This document shows positions 1-11,371 of a stretch of 64,000 nt of DNA, piece by piece. Both the position numbers and the translations under genes were made by a program. The notes below the pieces were generated by a model. The model was not told the origin of the DNA. It searched no databases and saw only the letters and a program-made list of their open reading frames with translations. The stretch spans positions 1,178,001 to 1,242,000 of the forward strand of contig OZ024749.1 of the NCBI GenBank assembly GCA_964016885.1. Reading direction: 5' to 3'. Position 1 is the first letter of the stretch. Every line of letters starts with the position of its first letter. The stretch is from Eledone cirrhosa. Taxonomy: Eukaryota.

Positions 1-2388
1 AGATGGACGGTCGTAAACACAAAAGCCTTCCCTAGTGAGGAATGTACATCCCAACATAGCTTAGTTGTCAGCGACCTCACGGTCAGAACTAGACGAGCCC
101 TGAAACAGAGGCCAACCTGGAGAAGAAAGATCTGGAAGCTGAAAGTCCCCTCAACCAGTAACAGATTTAAAGATATTTTACTCAACGCCTACGACAGTAA
201 AGAAGAACAGATAGAGACATTTAACGTAGAAGAGAACTGGGAGTTCCTAAAAAATAACTTACTAGAGGCGACGGATGAGGTTTGTGGCTGGAGTAAGACC
301 TCAAGCAGGAGGAGAGTGACTTGGTGGTGGAACAATAAGGTAGATGAAGCAGTCAAGGCCAAGAGACAGGCATGGAAAGAATGGAAGAACGGGGGGAGCA
401 GGGTACATTACATAGAGACCAAGAGGGAAGCTAGGCGACAAGTATACTTAGCTAGGAGGGAAGCAGAGGATAGAAAATTCAAGCATGTTTTACAACGTGA
501 GGACCAGAAACAGGAGGTATTCAAGATTGCGAGGCAGTGTGTCAGAGATAGTTGTGATGTCATTGGAGAGAAGTGTATCCGGAATGATAAAGGTGAGCTT
601 GCCCTCACAAGTGCTGAGAAGAAAGATGCATGGAAGAGTCATTATGATAGATTACTAAATGAGGAGAATGCATGGGAAGAAGAGACCCTACCCCACGTAG
701 ACCCTATAGAGGGACCAGCAGTACAAGTCAGCGGCAGCGTAGTAAGTAAGGCAATCAGAGATATGAAGATAGGGAAGGCAACCGGTCCATCGGGTATAGC
801 TGCCGAGATGCTGAAGGCATCTGGGTCTGTAGGTCACACTATAACCACACGTATCGTTAACCAGGTAATACTAGAGGGGGCCATACCAAAAGATTGGTGC
901 AGTAGCATCATTGTCAACTGCTACAAAGGTAAAGGCGATGCACTAGATAGAGGAAACTATAGAGGTATAAAGTTGATGGACCAGGTCATGAAAGTAACAG
1001 AAAGAGTTATAGCACAGCTGATTAGGGACCGGGTGAATATAGACGAGATGCAATTTGGGTTTGTACCAGGGAAAGGCACCACTGATGCCCTCTTCCTTGT
1101 GAGGCAATTACAGGAAAAGTACCTAGCTAAAAGTAAGCCACTCTACTTGGCATTTGTCGACCTTGAGAAAGCCTTTGACAGAGTTCCACGTGCAGTAATC
1201 TGGTGGGCTCTTAGAAAACTAGGAGTAGATGAATGGCTTGTGAAAGCGGTACAAGCCATGTATAGGGGAGCAGTCAGCAAAGTTAGGATTGGCAATGAGT
1301 ATAGCGAGGAATTTAGCGTACAGGTTGGGGTCCACCAGGGCTCTGTTCTTAGCCCTCTCCTGTTCATCATAGTCCTGCAGGCAATAACGGAGGAGTTTAA
1401 GACCGGATGCCCATGGGAACTCCTGTATGCTGATGACCTCGCACTCATAGCTGAATCTATGGTAGAACTAGAGAATAAATTCCAAACCTGGAAGCAGGGA
1501 CTAGAGAGAAAGGGCCTCAAAGTCAACATGACAAAGACTAAGGTCCTTATAAGTAGACGAGAAAACAGAACCCAGATCCCCTCAGGGAAATGGCCTTGCT
1601 CAGTATGTAGGAAAGGTGTAGGTAGGAACTCCATTCTTTGCCCCAAATGCAAACAATGGGTACACAAGAGATGTAGCGGGATCTCAGGAAGCTTAATTAA
1701 GAATGTAGGATTCACATGCAGCAGCTGTGCTGAAACAGCAAGCAAACAGCCACAGGAAACAAGTACCACCAATCTCTGGGAGGGCCCTGTAGAAACAGTA
1801 GACAGCTTCTGCTACCTAGGTGACCGAATTAGCAACGGAGGTGGGTGCTCAGAAAGTACAATAACTAGGGTAAGAACGGGATGGAAGAAGTTTAGGGAAC
1901 TACTACCACTGCTAGCTGCAAAAGGCTTCTCCCTCAGAATGAAAGGCAGACTGTATGATGCGTGTATCCGAACAGCGATGTTGCATGGTAGTGAGACCTG
2001 GGCGCTGAAGGTGGAAGACTTACGTAGATTAGAGAGAAACGAAGCCTGCATGCTCCGATGGATGTGTAACAGTAATATACGCGAACGGCAAAACATAAAG
2101 GAATTGAGAGAGAGACTGAGCATAAGAGGAATCAAATGCTGCGTGCAGGAGAGGCGGTTACGCTGGTATGGACATGTGATGCGTATGAAGGATGACAGCT
2201 GCATAAAAAGGTGCAGAGCACTAGAAGTTGATGGAAACCGCGGAGTGGGGAGACCCAAGGTGACTTGGGATGAGGTGATAAAAGCCGACCTTACCCAACT
2301 ACACCTCTCAAAGTCAATGACACACGACCGTGACTTCTGGCGTCACGCAGTAATACAGGGTACCCGACCTCCCATGGGTACATGCTGA
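1..2388 (+). CDS. LINE endonuclease (C-terminal end) plus reverse transcriptase polyprotein with internal PHD-type finger; 5'-partial
   Basis: Frame 1 is open from base 1 (RWTVVNTKAFPSEECTSQHSLVVSDL, like the end of an APE domain). RT motifs: NYRGIKL, QFGF, AFVDLEKAFDRV, GVHQGSVLSPLLF, YADD (1426-1437), YLG, RRLRWYGHVMRM, GRP..TW. C-x2-C-x10-C-x2-C-x4-H-x2-C-x14-C-x2-C at 1597-1728. Confidence 0.93.
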   Translation, partial: RWTVVNTKAFPSEECTSQHSLVVSDLTVRTRRALKQRPTWRRKIWKLKVPSTSNRFKDILLNAYDSKEEQIETFNVEENWEFLKNNLLEATDEVCGWSKTSSRRRVTWWWNNKVDEAVKAKRQAWKEWKNGGSRVHYIETKREARRQVYLARREAEDRKFKHVLQREDQKQEVFKIARQCVRDSCDVIGEKCIRNDKGELALTSAEKKDAWKSHYDRLLNEENAWEEETLPHVDPIEGPAVQVSGSVVSKAIRDMKIGKATGPSGIAAEMLKASGSVGHTITTRIVNQVILEGAIPKDWCSSIIVNCYKGKGDALDRGNYRGIKLMDQVMKVTERVIAQLIRDRVNIDEMQFGFVPGKGTTDALFLVRQLQEKYLAKSKPLYLAFVDLEKAFDRVPRAVIWWALRKLGVDEWLVKAVQAMYRGAVSKVRIGNEYSEEFSVQVGVHQGSVLSPLLFIIVLQAITEEFKTGCPWELLYADDLALIAESMVELENKFQTWKQGLERKGLKVNMTKTKVLISRRENRTQIPSGKWPCSVCRKGVGRNSILCPKCKQWVHKRCSGISGSLIKNVGFTCSSCAETASKQPQETSTTNLWEGPVETVDSFCYLGDRISNGGGCSESTITRVRTGWKKFRELLPLLAAKGFSLRMKGRLYDACIRTAMLHGSETWALKVEDLRRLERNEACMLRWMCNSNIRERQNIKELRERLSIRGIKCCVQERRLRWYGHVMRMKDDSCIKRCRALEVDGNRGVGRPKVTWDEVIKADLTQLHLSKSMTHDRDFWRHAVIQGTRPPMGTC

Positions 2389-2646
2389 AGCATATAAACA
2401 ATATGCCCCCACCCCCCACCGCAAGGTGGCCGTGGAGGTGCCACGGCAAAAAAGCACCCAGCCCACACTGTAAATGAGGTTGGTGTTAGGAAGGGCATCC
2501 AGCTGTAGAAATCAAGCCAGATCAGTTCCTGTATGAGCAAGGCATGGTCAGCCGACCAGACACTGCCCACAACAGGACAACCCGTCTAACCCATGCTAGC
2601 GTGGAAGAACGGACGTAAAACGGTGATGATGATGATGATGATGATG
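1..2646 (+). mobile_element. RTE-clade LINE (family A), 3' portion with 3'UTR and (GAT)n tail; 5' end lies outside the window
   Basis: Uninterrupted RT ORF to 2388, 3'UTR 2389-2623, then GATGATGAT tail. The 3' end recurs at 54661-55196 (-) and 48420-48548 (+). Confidence 0.95.
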
Positions 2647-3088
2647 AATGTACTGAATGTATGCCAACAAATTCTCGATGAACTGAAATTTGCCTCATAG
2701 GGAACTGGCCCAGCTATCACAATGTTACCAATCTATCCTAATAATTCCCCTCTTATCTGGTCAATACTGGAGCCAAGTACCAGCCTTTAACATCCTGTCC
2801 CCGTGTGAAAACATGTTAGTAAGATGTTCTTGAAAAGTACAACACTACATCACATTAAAAATTAAAGTCTACTTTAGTTTATAGCAATTTTTCACAACCT
2901 CTCCACTGGTAAAAATACTATAAACATTTGAATTTTCAAACCTATTTTTAAATATTTTCTGTTAAATCATTAAAGGATGTTGAATGTTAAAAGCAACATG
3001 GAATTTACCCTCTTTTTATTACATTATCACCAAAACTGTCTTTCATTCAGTGAAACAAAACTCCCCATTTTAATAGGTTCCTATTTAA

Positions 3089-3293
3089 CCCTTTAGCGTT
3101 TACATTACTCTATATATATTATTGTATTTTTGTGGTAAAGGCTTTATCTTACATAATATAAAATCTATGAGATTTTCATATTTATTTTGAGAAAATTACC
3201 TTAACATTAGTATGAATGGCCAGTTATAACCAGTTTGAAGAGAAAGAGGTGAGAAAACTTTGGCCAGATATGGCCGGTTTAAATGCTAAAGGG
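3089..3293. mobile_element. piggyBac-type MITE
   Basis: TTAA|CCCTTTAGC...GCTAAAGGG|TTAA (TIRs plus TTAA target duplication). Second copy at 44969-45176, partial copy near 45599-45700. Confidence 0.85.
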
Positions 3294-3679
3294 TTAAATA
3301 AAAATCTTCCAACATAATTTTATATTTAAGAACTATATGTTCCATTACTATCTTAGTAATAAAATAATTTTAGTAAAAGGTTACAAAACGGTTAGGGACA
3401 TTTATAATTTTATATATATTATGCAGGAAAGCAAGTGATGAGAAATTCTTGTGATAATGGTAAAGTTAATTTGAGATCATGTTATCAGCTATGTAGGCTT
3501 GGTATCCTGGTGAACTGTTATTAAATATTGTCTACGAATGAGTTGAGTAATTTCTTTTCAATGTTGAATAGTCAGAGAACAGAATACTTTTACTCAATGT
3601 CACATAGTTATGGTGAATATTCTACAGAATCTGTTTCAGTCAGTTTGAACTGTGGTAATATTTTCCTTAATGGTGAACA

Positions 3680-3885
3680 GATATTTGATGTTTGGCTACA
3701 TACATCAACAAGGGGGCTAGTAGAAGCAGATCTATGATGTTTGATTACGTGGAAGCCTCTCTTGACTGGAAACTAGGAGGAGGGTGCAGGAGACAACATA
3801 CAGCCATCAAGGCAGGGTTGAGATCTGTGGAGGAAGATCTGGCAGACATTGTGAGAAGGCTTGCAACCATGGAAGTAAAAGGAAC
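3680..3885 (+). mobile_element. Old degenerate LINE (RTE-like) 3' fragment
   Basis: Translation MFGYI...WKLGGG.RRQ..IKAGL loosely resembles the RTE C-terminal FGH...GRP...W region. Confidence 0.3.
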
Positions 3886-4036
3886 TAAAGAAGAATATTT
3901 CCTGAATTACTAGAAAAATTTATATTCTAACGATTGCCTGGATATTGTCTGTCACAAAAATGCTAAATTTTGTCAAACATGTTCTAAAAATGTCATAATT
4001 CATGGAAAACAATTGCAAGACAAACAAAATGAGTGC

Positions 4037-4782
4037 ACATTAAATAGTACAACACAATACTATTGCTACATTAAATAGTACAACACAATACTATTGCTAC
4101 ATTAAATAGTACAACCCAGTACTATTGCTACATTAAATAGTACAACACAATACTATTGCTACATTAAATAGTACAACACAATACTATTGCTACATTAAAT
4201 ATTACAACACAATACTATTGCTACATTAAATAGTACAACACAGTACTATTGCTACATTAAATAGTACAACACAGTACTATTGCTACATTAAATAGTACAA
4301 CACAGTACTATTGCTACATTAAATAGTACAACACAGTACTATTGCTACATTAAATAGTACAACATAGTACTATTGCTACATTAAATAGTACAACACAATA
4401 CTATTGCTACATTAAATAGTACAACAGTACTATTGCTACATTAAATAGTACAACACAGTACTATTGCTACATTAAATAGTACAACACAGTACTATTGCTA
4501 CATTAAATAGTACAACACAATACTATTGCTACATCAAATAGTACAACACAGTACTATTGCTACATCAAATAGTACAACACAGTACTATTGCTACATTAAA
4601 TAGTACAACACAATACTATTGCTACATTAAATAGTACAACACAGTACTATTGCTACATTAAATAGTACAACACAGTACTATTGCTACATTAAATAGTACA
4701 ACACAGTACTATTGCTACATTAAATAGTACAACAGTACTATTGCTACATTAAATAGTACAACAGTACTACTGCTACATTAAA
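4037..4782. repeat. 31-bp minisatellite, about 24 copies, with internal 8-bp dyad (AATAGTAC-aacaca-GTACTATT)
   Basis: Monomer TACATTAAATAGTACAACACAGTACTATTGC read directly. Confidence 0.97.
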
Positions 4783-5401
4783 TGTATGTGTATGTGTGTG
4801 TTAGTGGAAAGATAACTCATCACCTCATTTAACACCACAATCTAGCCATTGTATGTTTACCAAAGGGTCCACTCTATTGTAGGCAAGGGCAGCTCTCCAA
4901 TTTTAGAATACATCTCATCGCTCACTCTCTCATGCCAGTCACAGAGGCCTTCAAGAGTTTGAGTGGGGTCAGTTACTGCCCTTCCTGCCATGACTAAGAC
5001 ACTGTGTCAAAGTAATAGATAAACCAGCCAGGTTTACAGTTCAACAATGATACAACAAAACCAGGGTCAACTTAACCCATCAGTTGATCAGGTCAATGAA
5101 ACATTGGAATAAGTTGTCAAAATAAAATGAATGCCATTTGTTGTTACTAATAGTACTACTATTACTACTACTACTACTAGTAATACTAGAAAGTGTGTGT
5201 TAGTGTGCCACACACATACATCTAATCAAAGATGGCACTAGGTGTCAAATAAGAACTGCTAGAAACAACCTACATGAGAGGGGAGGATATGAAAACCAAA
5301 TGTCAAATATGATGGGTGGAGGGGTGGGATGCTCAGACAAGATTAAATAAGATTTCATGGAATCTTCATACAATGTATTTAATGCGTTCTTTCTCTATGA
5401 A

Positions 5402-5820
5402 CTGAGTGTGTGTGTGAGTGAGTGTTAGTATGTGAGTAAGTCTGCATGAGTGAGTGTGGGTGAGAGTGAGTGTGGGTGAGAGTGAGTGTGGGTGAGAGTG
5501 AGTGTGCGTGCGTGTGGGCATGAGTGAGAGTTAGTGGGCGTGTGAGCAAGAGTGAGAGTGTGCATGAGAGAGTAAGTGTGCATGTGGGCATGAGTGAAAG
5601 AGTGAGTGTGCACATGAGTGAGAGTGAGTGGCGTGAGTGAGAGTGAGTGGGTGTGAGTGAGAGTGAGTGGGTGTGAGTGAGAGTGATGAGTGTGAGTGAG
5701 AGTGAGTGGGCATGCATGAGAGTGAGTGGGGTGCATGAGAGTGTGTGAGTGAGAGTGAGAGTGTGAGAGTGAGAGAGTATATGTGAGAGTGTGCATGCAA
5801 GTAAGTCTGCATGTGAGCGC
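5402..5820. repeat. Degenerate (GAGT/GT)n low-complexity tract
   Basis: GTGAGAGTGAGTG-type runs; the His/Thr/Ser-rich ORFs here are artefacts of it. Confidence 0.9.
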
Positions 5821-5905
5821 ATATGTGCATGCGTACATGTGGCAACTTTCCCTCTATGTGCTGATGCATGGCTGCACAATTGCTGCATTAGCGCTGCACA
5901 CATCA

Positions 5906-6002
5906 AAATGTTGCCAGTCAGTTGCTTTGAAATGTTGCCAGTCAGTTGCTTTGAACTGTTGCCAGTCAGTTGCTTTGAAATACTGTTGTGCAGTGGCTTT
6001 GA
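5906..6002. repeat. 24-bp tandem repeat, about 4 copies
   Basis: AAATGTTGCCAGTCAGTTGCTTTG repeated. Confidence 0.85.
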
Positions 6003-6096
6003 ATTTTAAATAGTTTTGCTCAAAGTATTAAATATTCTGCTCGGGGGATGAAAAAAAAGGGGGTAGACATTGGTGCGTATGTGTATTTATATATTG

Positions 6097-6180
6097 AAAA
6101 TAGGCAGCACACAGGACAAAGACAAAATAGGGAGCACACAGGACAAAGACAAAATAGGGAGCACACAGGACAAAGACAAT
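6097..6180. repeat. 27-bp tandem repeat, 3 copies
   Basis: AAAATAGGGAGCACACAGGACAAAGAC repeated. Confidence 0.9.
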
Positions 6181-6582
6181 GGAAAAAAACTAACAGAAAG
6201 ACAGAGTCCTATCTCTTCAGTCAACCTCTGGAAATCAATATGGTTTCGGTCCATTAAGATTGATACCATCATTTCAGTACACATTGGGACATAACAAAAC
6301 AGGTAGCGACATATGTGTGTGTGTCTATATACACACACACATAGATATCATGATGATAAGAAGCATCAAATCTTTTCAAGTAGCACTGTGGACCATGACC
6401 AAAGGAAAGAAATGGCTAAGAAGCACAAGTTTAGTGCATCAAATAATGAAGTAGATATTGCTTAAAATAGACTACTTGTACATACTAGAGTAAGCTATAT
6501 ATAGAGAGAGATTAAAAATAATTGGAAACAAAAAGTATTTATAAAAATGCTTATCAAAACAGAAAAGTGAATATACACATAC

Positions 6583-6619
<37 letters not shown>

Positions 6620-7702
6620 AAATTAAGCTCTGTTTTGATTAAGCAGAAAAAATAAAAAATAAAAAATAAAAAAGATAAGCAATCTGATTAGTAATTAATT
6701 CTGTTACGTTTTACGCCACAGTGATATAGATTAGTTGAGTTGTTAAATTGTAAGAGAAAGGTAACAAAATATGCTGCATATACTTGTATATACAATATTT
6801 AATAAAAAAAAAAAAAATTAAATAAATAAAATGACAGTAAAATGGGAGGTTGACATATTCTTCAAGGTCAATATTTAGTTGATTATCAACAACTTCAAAT
6901 TTAATGTAAATGAGGTGCTGAAATATTTTCACTTTGCAGATGAATATTACACCAGTTTCACTTTGGGAGTGAATATTATACCAGTTTCACTTTTGACATG
7001 AAATTCAAATTTCCTATTGTTTTTATTTATGTTTTCAATGAATATGGCCTTCAAAACTGTCGGGAATTGGTAAAAATTCATTACATAATGAAGTTGTGAA
7101 ACAAAAACTATTCTAAACGACACTTAAAACATTTTAAATATCAAAATATTAAAACTTTATAAATATATTCTCCACTCATGACAATTTCTAAACAACACTA
7201 TCTAAACATGATGACCTGCCTCAGATTATACATGGAGTTTGGAGTTTTTCCCATTTCTCAGACATAAAATAAGGGGTTGGCTTATATTTGAGTATATATA
7301 CGATAATTTGGTTGCTGTGTAGTAAACGATACTTGTCCTTCTGCACATACTGTAGACTATGGCCAACCTCGGCTTTATGAATGAATTAGGTAGATGGAAA
7401 CTGAAGAAGACTGTCATGTGTGTGTAATGTACCTTGTACACAACGAAATAGGTGGCACTAGGAAGTCTAACCCATGCTAGCGTGGAAAATAGACATTAAC
7501 CGATGATGATGATAGGAAGGCTGTAGAAAGCAGGCCAGAAGGTGGAATGCATTAATGAAAAATGAAATGAAATTTAAAGATGACAGTGATGTAGGTTTAG
7601 GTAGCCCAGAGTTGTACATCATAGGTTTCTCAGCTGATAGTGATGTAGGTTTAAGTTTCTCAGGTGTTTTAATGCCAAGGCGGTCAAGGCATGTTGTGAA
7701 AA

Positions 7703-7881
7703 ATAATAGTTTCTACTTTTGGCACAAGGCCAGCGATTACCCCAGTGCACCACTGGTACTTTATTTTATCGACCTCGTAAGGATGAAAGGCAAAGTTAAC
7801 CTCGGCGGATTTGAACTCAGAACGCAAAGGGCCATAACTATGCTGCAAAACATGGCGTCCGACGCTCTACCGATACTGCCA
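7703..7881 (-). mobile_element. tRNA-derived SINE family 2 with (ATT)n tail; most abundant SINE in the window
   Basis: Minus-strand head TGGCAGTATCGGTAG (A box) and GAGTTCAAATCC (B box); central CCTTTCATCCTTACG.GGTCGATAAAATAAAGTACCAG. Other copies near 28195, 29040, 31825, 32330, 33880, 44865(+), 45285(+), 54398, 55415, 55610, 58340(+) and 61265. Confidence 0.85.
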
Positions 7882-8686
7882 AACCACTGCCTGTTGTGAA
7901 GAACATGATACTACCCAGTCCAAAAACTGAAACCACAACTGTATGACTGGGAGTCCAACACCCTAAACACTAGATCACATGTCTTCACTATTATCAATGG
8001 CCACCCAACCTGTCTCACTTGATTCCCTAATTGGAGCCGTAATGACTCATCCAACCCATGCCACAATGGAAAAACAGGGAAAATAGTGATATATATGAGA
8101 TCTGTCTGAAAAGTAACAGGACTGGTGTCACAAACAATTTACACACACCTGTGTGTTAGTCTCAATGTATTTTAATAACACTTTAAAACTGGTGACATTT
8201 GTTTACGTACCATATATACAAGATGAATAATATATACAATACCAGTGACATCACAGTGGTCAATGACCTAGCCTGACCCATCTGAAGGTCAACATTCGCA
8301 AGTGAGGAAGAGAGGAACATAGGTCGAAAGCCCTGCAACAGATTGTACTTGCGCTAAAGGCCACCTCCAAGGATAAAATAGTGGTAACCCATCATATTAT
8401 ACTGATCACATGCCATATTTATGCCAGAGAAATGCTACTAATCATATTGTAGCTTACATATAAAACTGACAGCTACTAATTATAAATAATAAAATAGTAA
8501 TTAAATGACTATTTTTCTTCTATTTATTCCAACTACTCATGAACTATTGGACAGTTTAACTTAACATCCTCTAATGATTTAGGAAAAAATATATAAAAGC
8601 AAGTTTGTTAATTTAAAAGTTTATAATATCTTTAGTAGAGGACAGATTGCTGTGATGAACATGTTTTAGAATAAAGATTAATTTTT

Positions 8687-9026
8687 AATGTGATACAGTC
8701 ATGGTGCTGCTTTGGACTTGTCAACAATGTCTTGCTAATGTGATACACTCATGGTGCTGCTTTGGACTTGTCAACAATGTCTTGCTAATGTGATACACTC
8801 ATGGTGCTGCTTTGGACTTGTCAACAATGTCTTGCTAATGTGATACACTCATGGTGCTGCTTTGGACTTGACAACAATGTCTTGCTATTGTGATACAGTC
8901 ATGGTGCTGCTTTGGACTTGTCAACAATGTCTTGCTAATGTGATACAGTCATGGTGCTGCTTTGGACTTGACAACAATGTCTTGCTAATGTGATACAGTC
9001 ATGGTGCTGCTTTGGACTTGACAATG
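8687..9026. repeat. 50-bp tandem repeat, about 6.7 copies
   Basis: AATGTGATACAGTCATGGTGCTGCTTTGGACTTGTCAACAATGTCTTGCT repeated. Confidence 0.95.
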
Positions 9027-9124
9027 TGTGGTTTAGTCATTCAGATAGTATGTTTAGTAGTGTTGTAAAAATTTGCAGTATTATCTTTTAATACCTTACA
9101 AAAATTTAGTATGAAAATGTGTGT

Positions 9125-9307
9125 GTGAGTATGTATATTGTAGTTTCACACTTCATATAATAGGGAAGGTTTTAACATTTCAGATGCTAGTCCTTCATCA
9201 GAATAATAAATTAAAGAAGAAATAGAAAGATAGAGCAAGGGCAGAAATGAAAAAATATTTCTTCCAGAAAAAGCAGGTCTGTTCATTTCGCTATCTCTTG
9301 GAAAATG

Positions 9308-9310
<3 letters not shown>
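9125..9310 (-). mobile_element. Penelope-like pLTR fragment with minimal hammerhead motif
   Basis: Minus strand reads CTGATGAAGGACTAGCATCTGAAATGTT; homologous to 33290-33520 (+). Confidence 0.6.
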
Positions 9311-9346
<36 letters not shown>

Positions 9347-9348
<2 letters not shown>

Positions 9349-11305
9349 TGATGAAACTTGTGGCTGGAGCAGAGCTCCAACCAGACAGAGAGTGACCTGG
9401 TGGTGGAACAGCACAGTAGATAAGGCCATTAGATACAAAAGACTAACATGGAAGGCTTGGTAAAAGGGTGGGAGTATAGAAGGATATACAGCTGCTAAGA
9501 GAGAAGCTAGACATCAGGTGTACTTAGCATGCAGGGAGGCTAAGAGTAGGAGGTTTGCCAATGTTCTGCGACGGGGTGATCAGAGGCATGCAGTGTTCCA
9601 CATTGCAAGGCAGTGTGTCAGTGAAAATCAGGATGCTGTTGGAGATAAATGTGTCCGGAATGATGCCGGTGTACTTAGTGTCACGAATGATCAGAAAAAG
9701 GAGGCCTGGAAATGTCATTATGAGAGACTGATTAATGTGGAGAACGAATGGGAGAGAGAGAAATTACCCTCAGTAGATCTGACAGAGGGACAGAGGCTGG
9801 TGCAGCAGTATTCTCATAAAATGCTACAAAGGTAAAGGGGATGCTCTGGAGAGGAGCAATTATAGGGGTATAAAACTGATGGATCAGGTTATGAAAGTGG
9901 CAGAAAGGATATTAGCACAACTAATTAGAGAAAGGGTCAAACTAGACGATATGTAGTTTGGTTTTGTGCCTGGGAAAAGTACAACAGATGCCCTCTTCTT
10001 GGTGAGACAATTACAAGAGAGGTTCTTAGAAAAAAATAAGCCACTATACTTAGCCTTTGTTGACCTAGAAAGGCCTTTGATAGGGTACCCCGATCTGTCA
10101 TCTGGGGTCGTCTCTAAGGAAACTAGGTGTTGAGGAATGGCTTGTGAGGACAGTGCAAACTTTGTACGGAGGTGCTGTCAGTAAAGTGAGGGTAGAAATG
10201 GAGTTTAGTGAGGAATTCCAGATACAAATAGGAGTACATCAAGGTTCAGTCCTCAGCCACCTCTTGTTCATTATAGTCCTCCAAGCCATAACAGAGGAGT
10301 TTAAGACTGGCTGTCCATGGGAACTTCTCTATGCTGACGATCTGGTTCTTATAGCAGAATCAGTAGAGGAGCTAGAGTATAAATTCTGGCTATGGAAACA
10401 GCAGTTGGAATCAAGAGGACTGAGAGTGAACCTAGCTAAGACAAAAGTGTTGATGAGTAGAAAAGAGGACAAAACTCTGATTCCGTCAGGGAAATGGCCA
10501 TGTTCGATATGCAGAAAAGGAACTAGCATAAATTCTATAAAATACACACAATGCAGATCCTGGGTACACAAGAGATGTAGTGGGATAGCAGGCAAACTAA
10601 CAGGTAGGGAGAAATACGTATGCAGTAGATGTACAGGGAAATTAGACAGTAGAAGTCGCATTGATAGACACATTTTTCAAATGCAGGCGGGTGCTATTGA
10701 AGTGGTGGGTAGCTTCCGGTACCTAGGAGATCAAATTAGCATGGGAGGGGGGTGTTCCGAGGCCATATTATCTAGAATAAGGACTTGTTGGAAGAAGTTT
10801 AGGGAGCTGCTTCCTCTGCTGACGAAGAAGGGTTTCTCTCTGCGTACGAAAGGCTGGTTATATGATGCCTGTGTGAGGAGTGTGATGCTACATGGTAGTG
10901 AGACATGGGCAGCAACTGCAGAGGATATGCGACGGCTGGAGAGAAATGAGATAAGCATGCTCTGTGAATGACCCAGCATGGATGTGTTGAGAGAGAAACT
11001 GTGTCTGAGAGGGATAGAATGTAGTGTGCGAGAGAGGAGACTGCGGTGGTATGGACATGTGATGCGCATGGAGGATGACCGATGGGTGAAGAAGTGCCAA
11101 GAAATGCCAGTTGAAGGAAGACGTGGTAGAGGTAGACCACGAAAAACATGGGCGGAGGTGGTGAGAACAGACCTCAGATCGCTGAAGCTCACGGTGGAGA
11201 TGACGAAGGACCGTGACAAGTGGAGAGATGCTGTGCTGAATAAGACCCGTCCCACCCTTGCAAGCAGGGAAAAGCGGACATAAAATGATGATGATGATGA
11301 TGATT
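9347..11305 (+). pseudogene. RTE-clade LINE family B, 5'-truncated and disrupted, with a PHD-type finger in RT
   Basis: Colinear with the family A protein but has stops, frameshifts and an internal deletion near 9795. YADD near 10330, Cys/His finger at 10501-10632. The ORF ends TRPTLASREKRT* directly into the (GAT)n tail. Flanked by (TA)n on both sides. Confidence 0.93.
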
Positions 11306-11371
11306 ATATATATATATATATATAGTTTTTGTATCACAAGATTTCTTACATGAAAACATGTATTGAAACAG

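Noticed and set aside
1143-2258. Antisense ORFs over the RT, also at 10329-11397 and 62611-63192
   Set aside because: Shadow ORFs of LINE coding sequence.
4037-4782. CRISPR array (31-bp palindromic repeat)
   Set aside because: No spacers; a plain tandem repeat in eukaryotic DNA.
8097-8140. Mariner-like TIR fragment, and hAT-like ends near 5840, 42899 and 60230
   Set aside because: Single short ends without a partner TIR or coding remnant; too weak to call.
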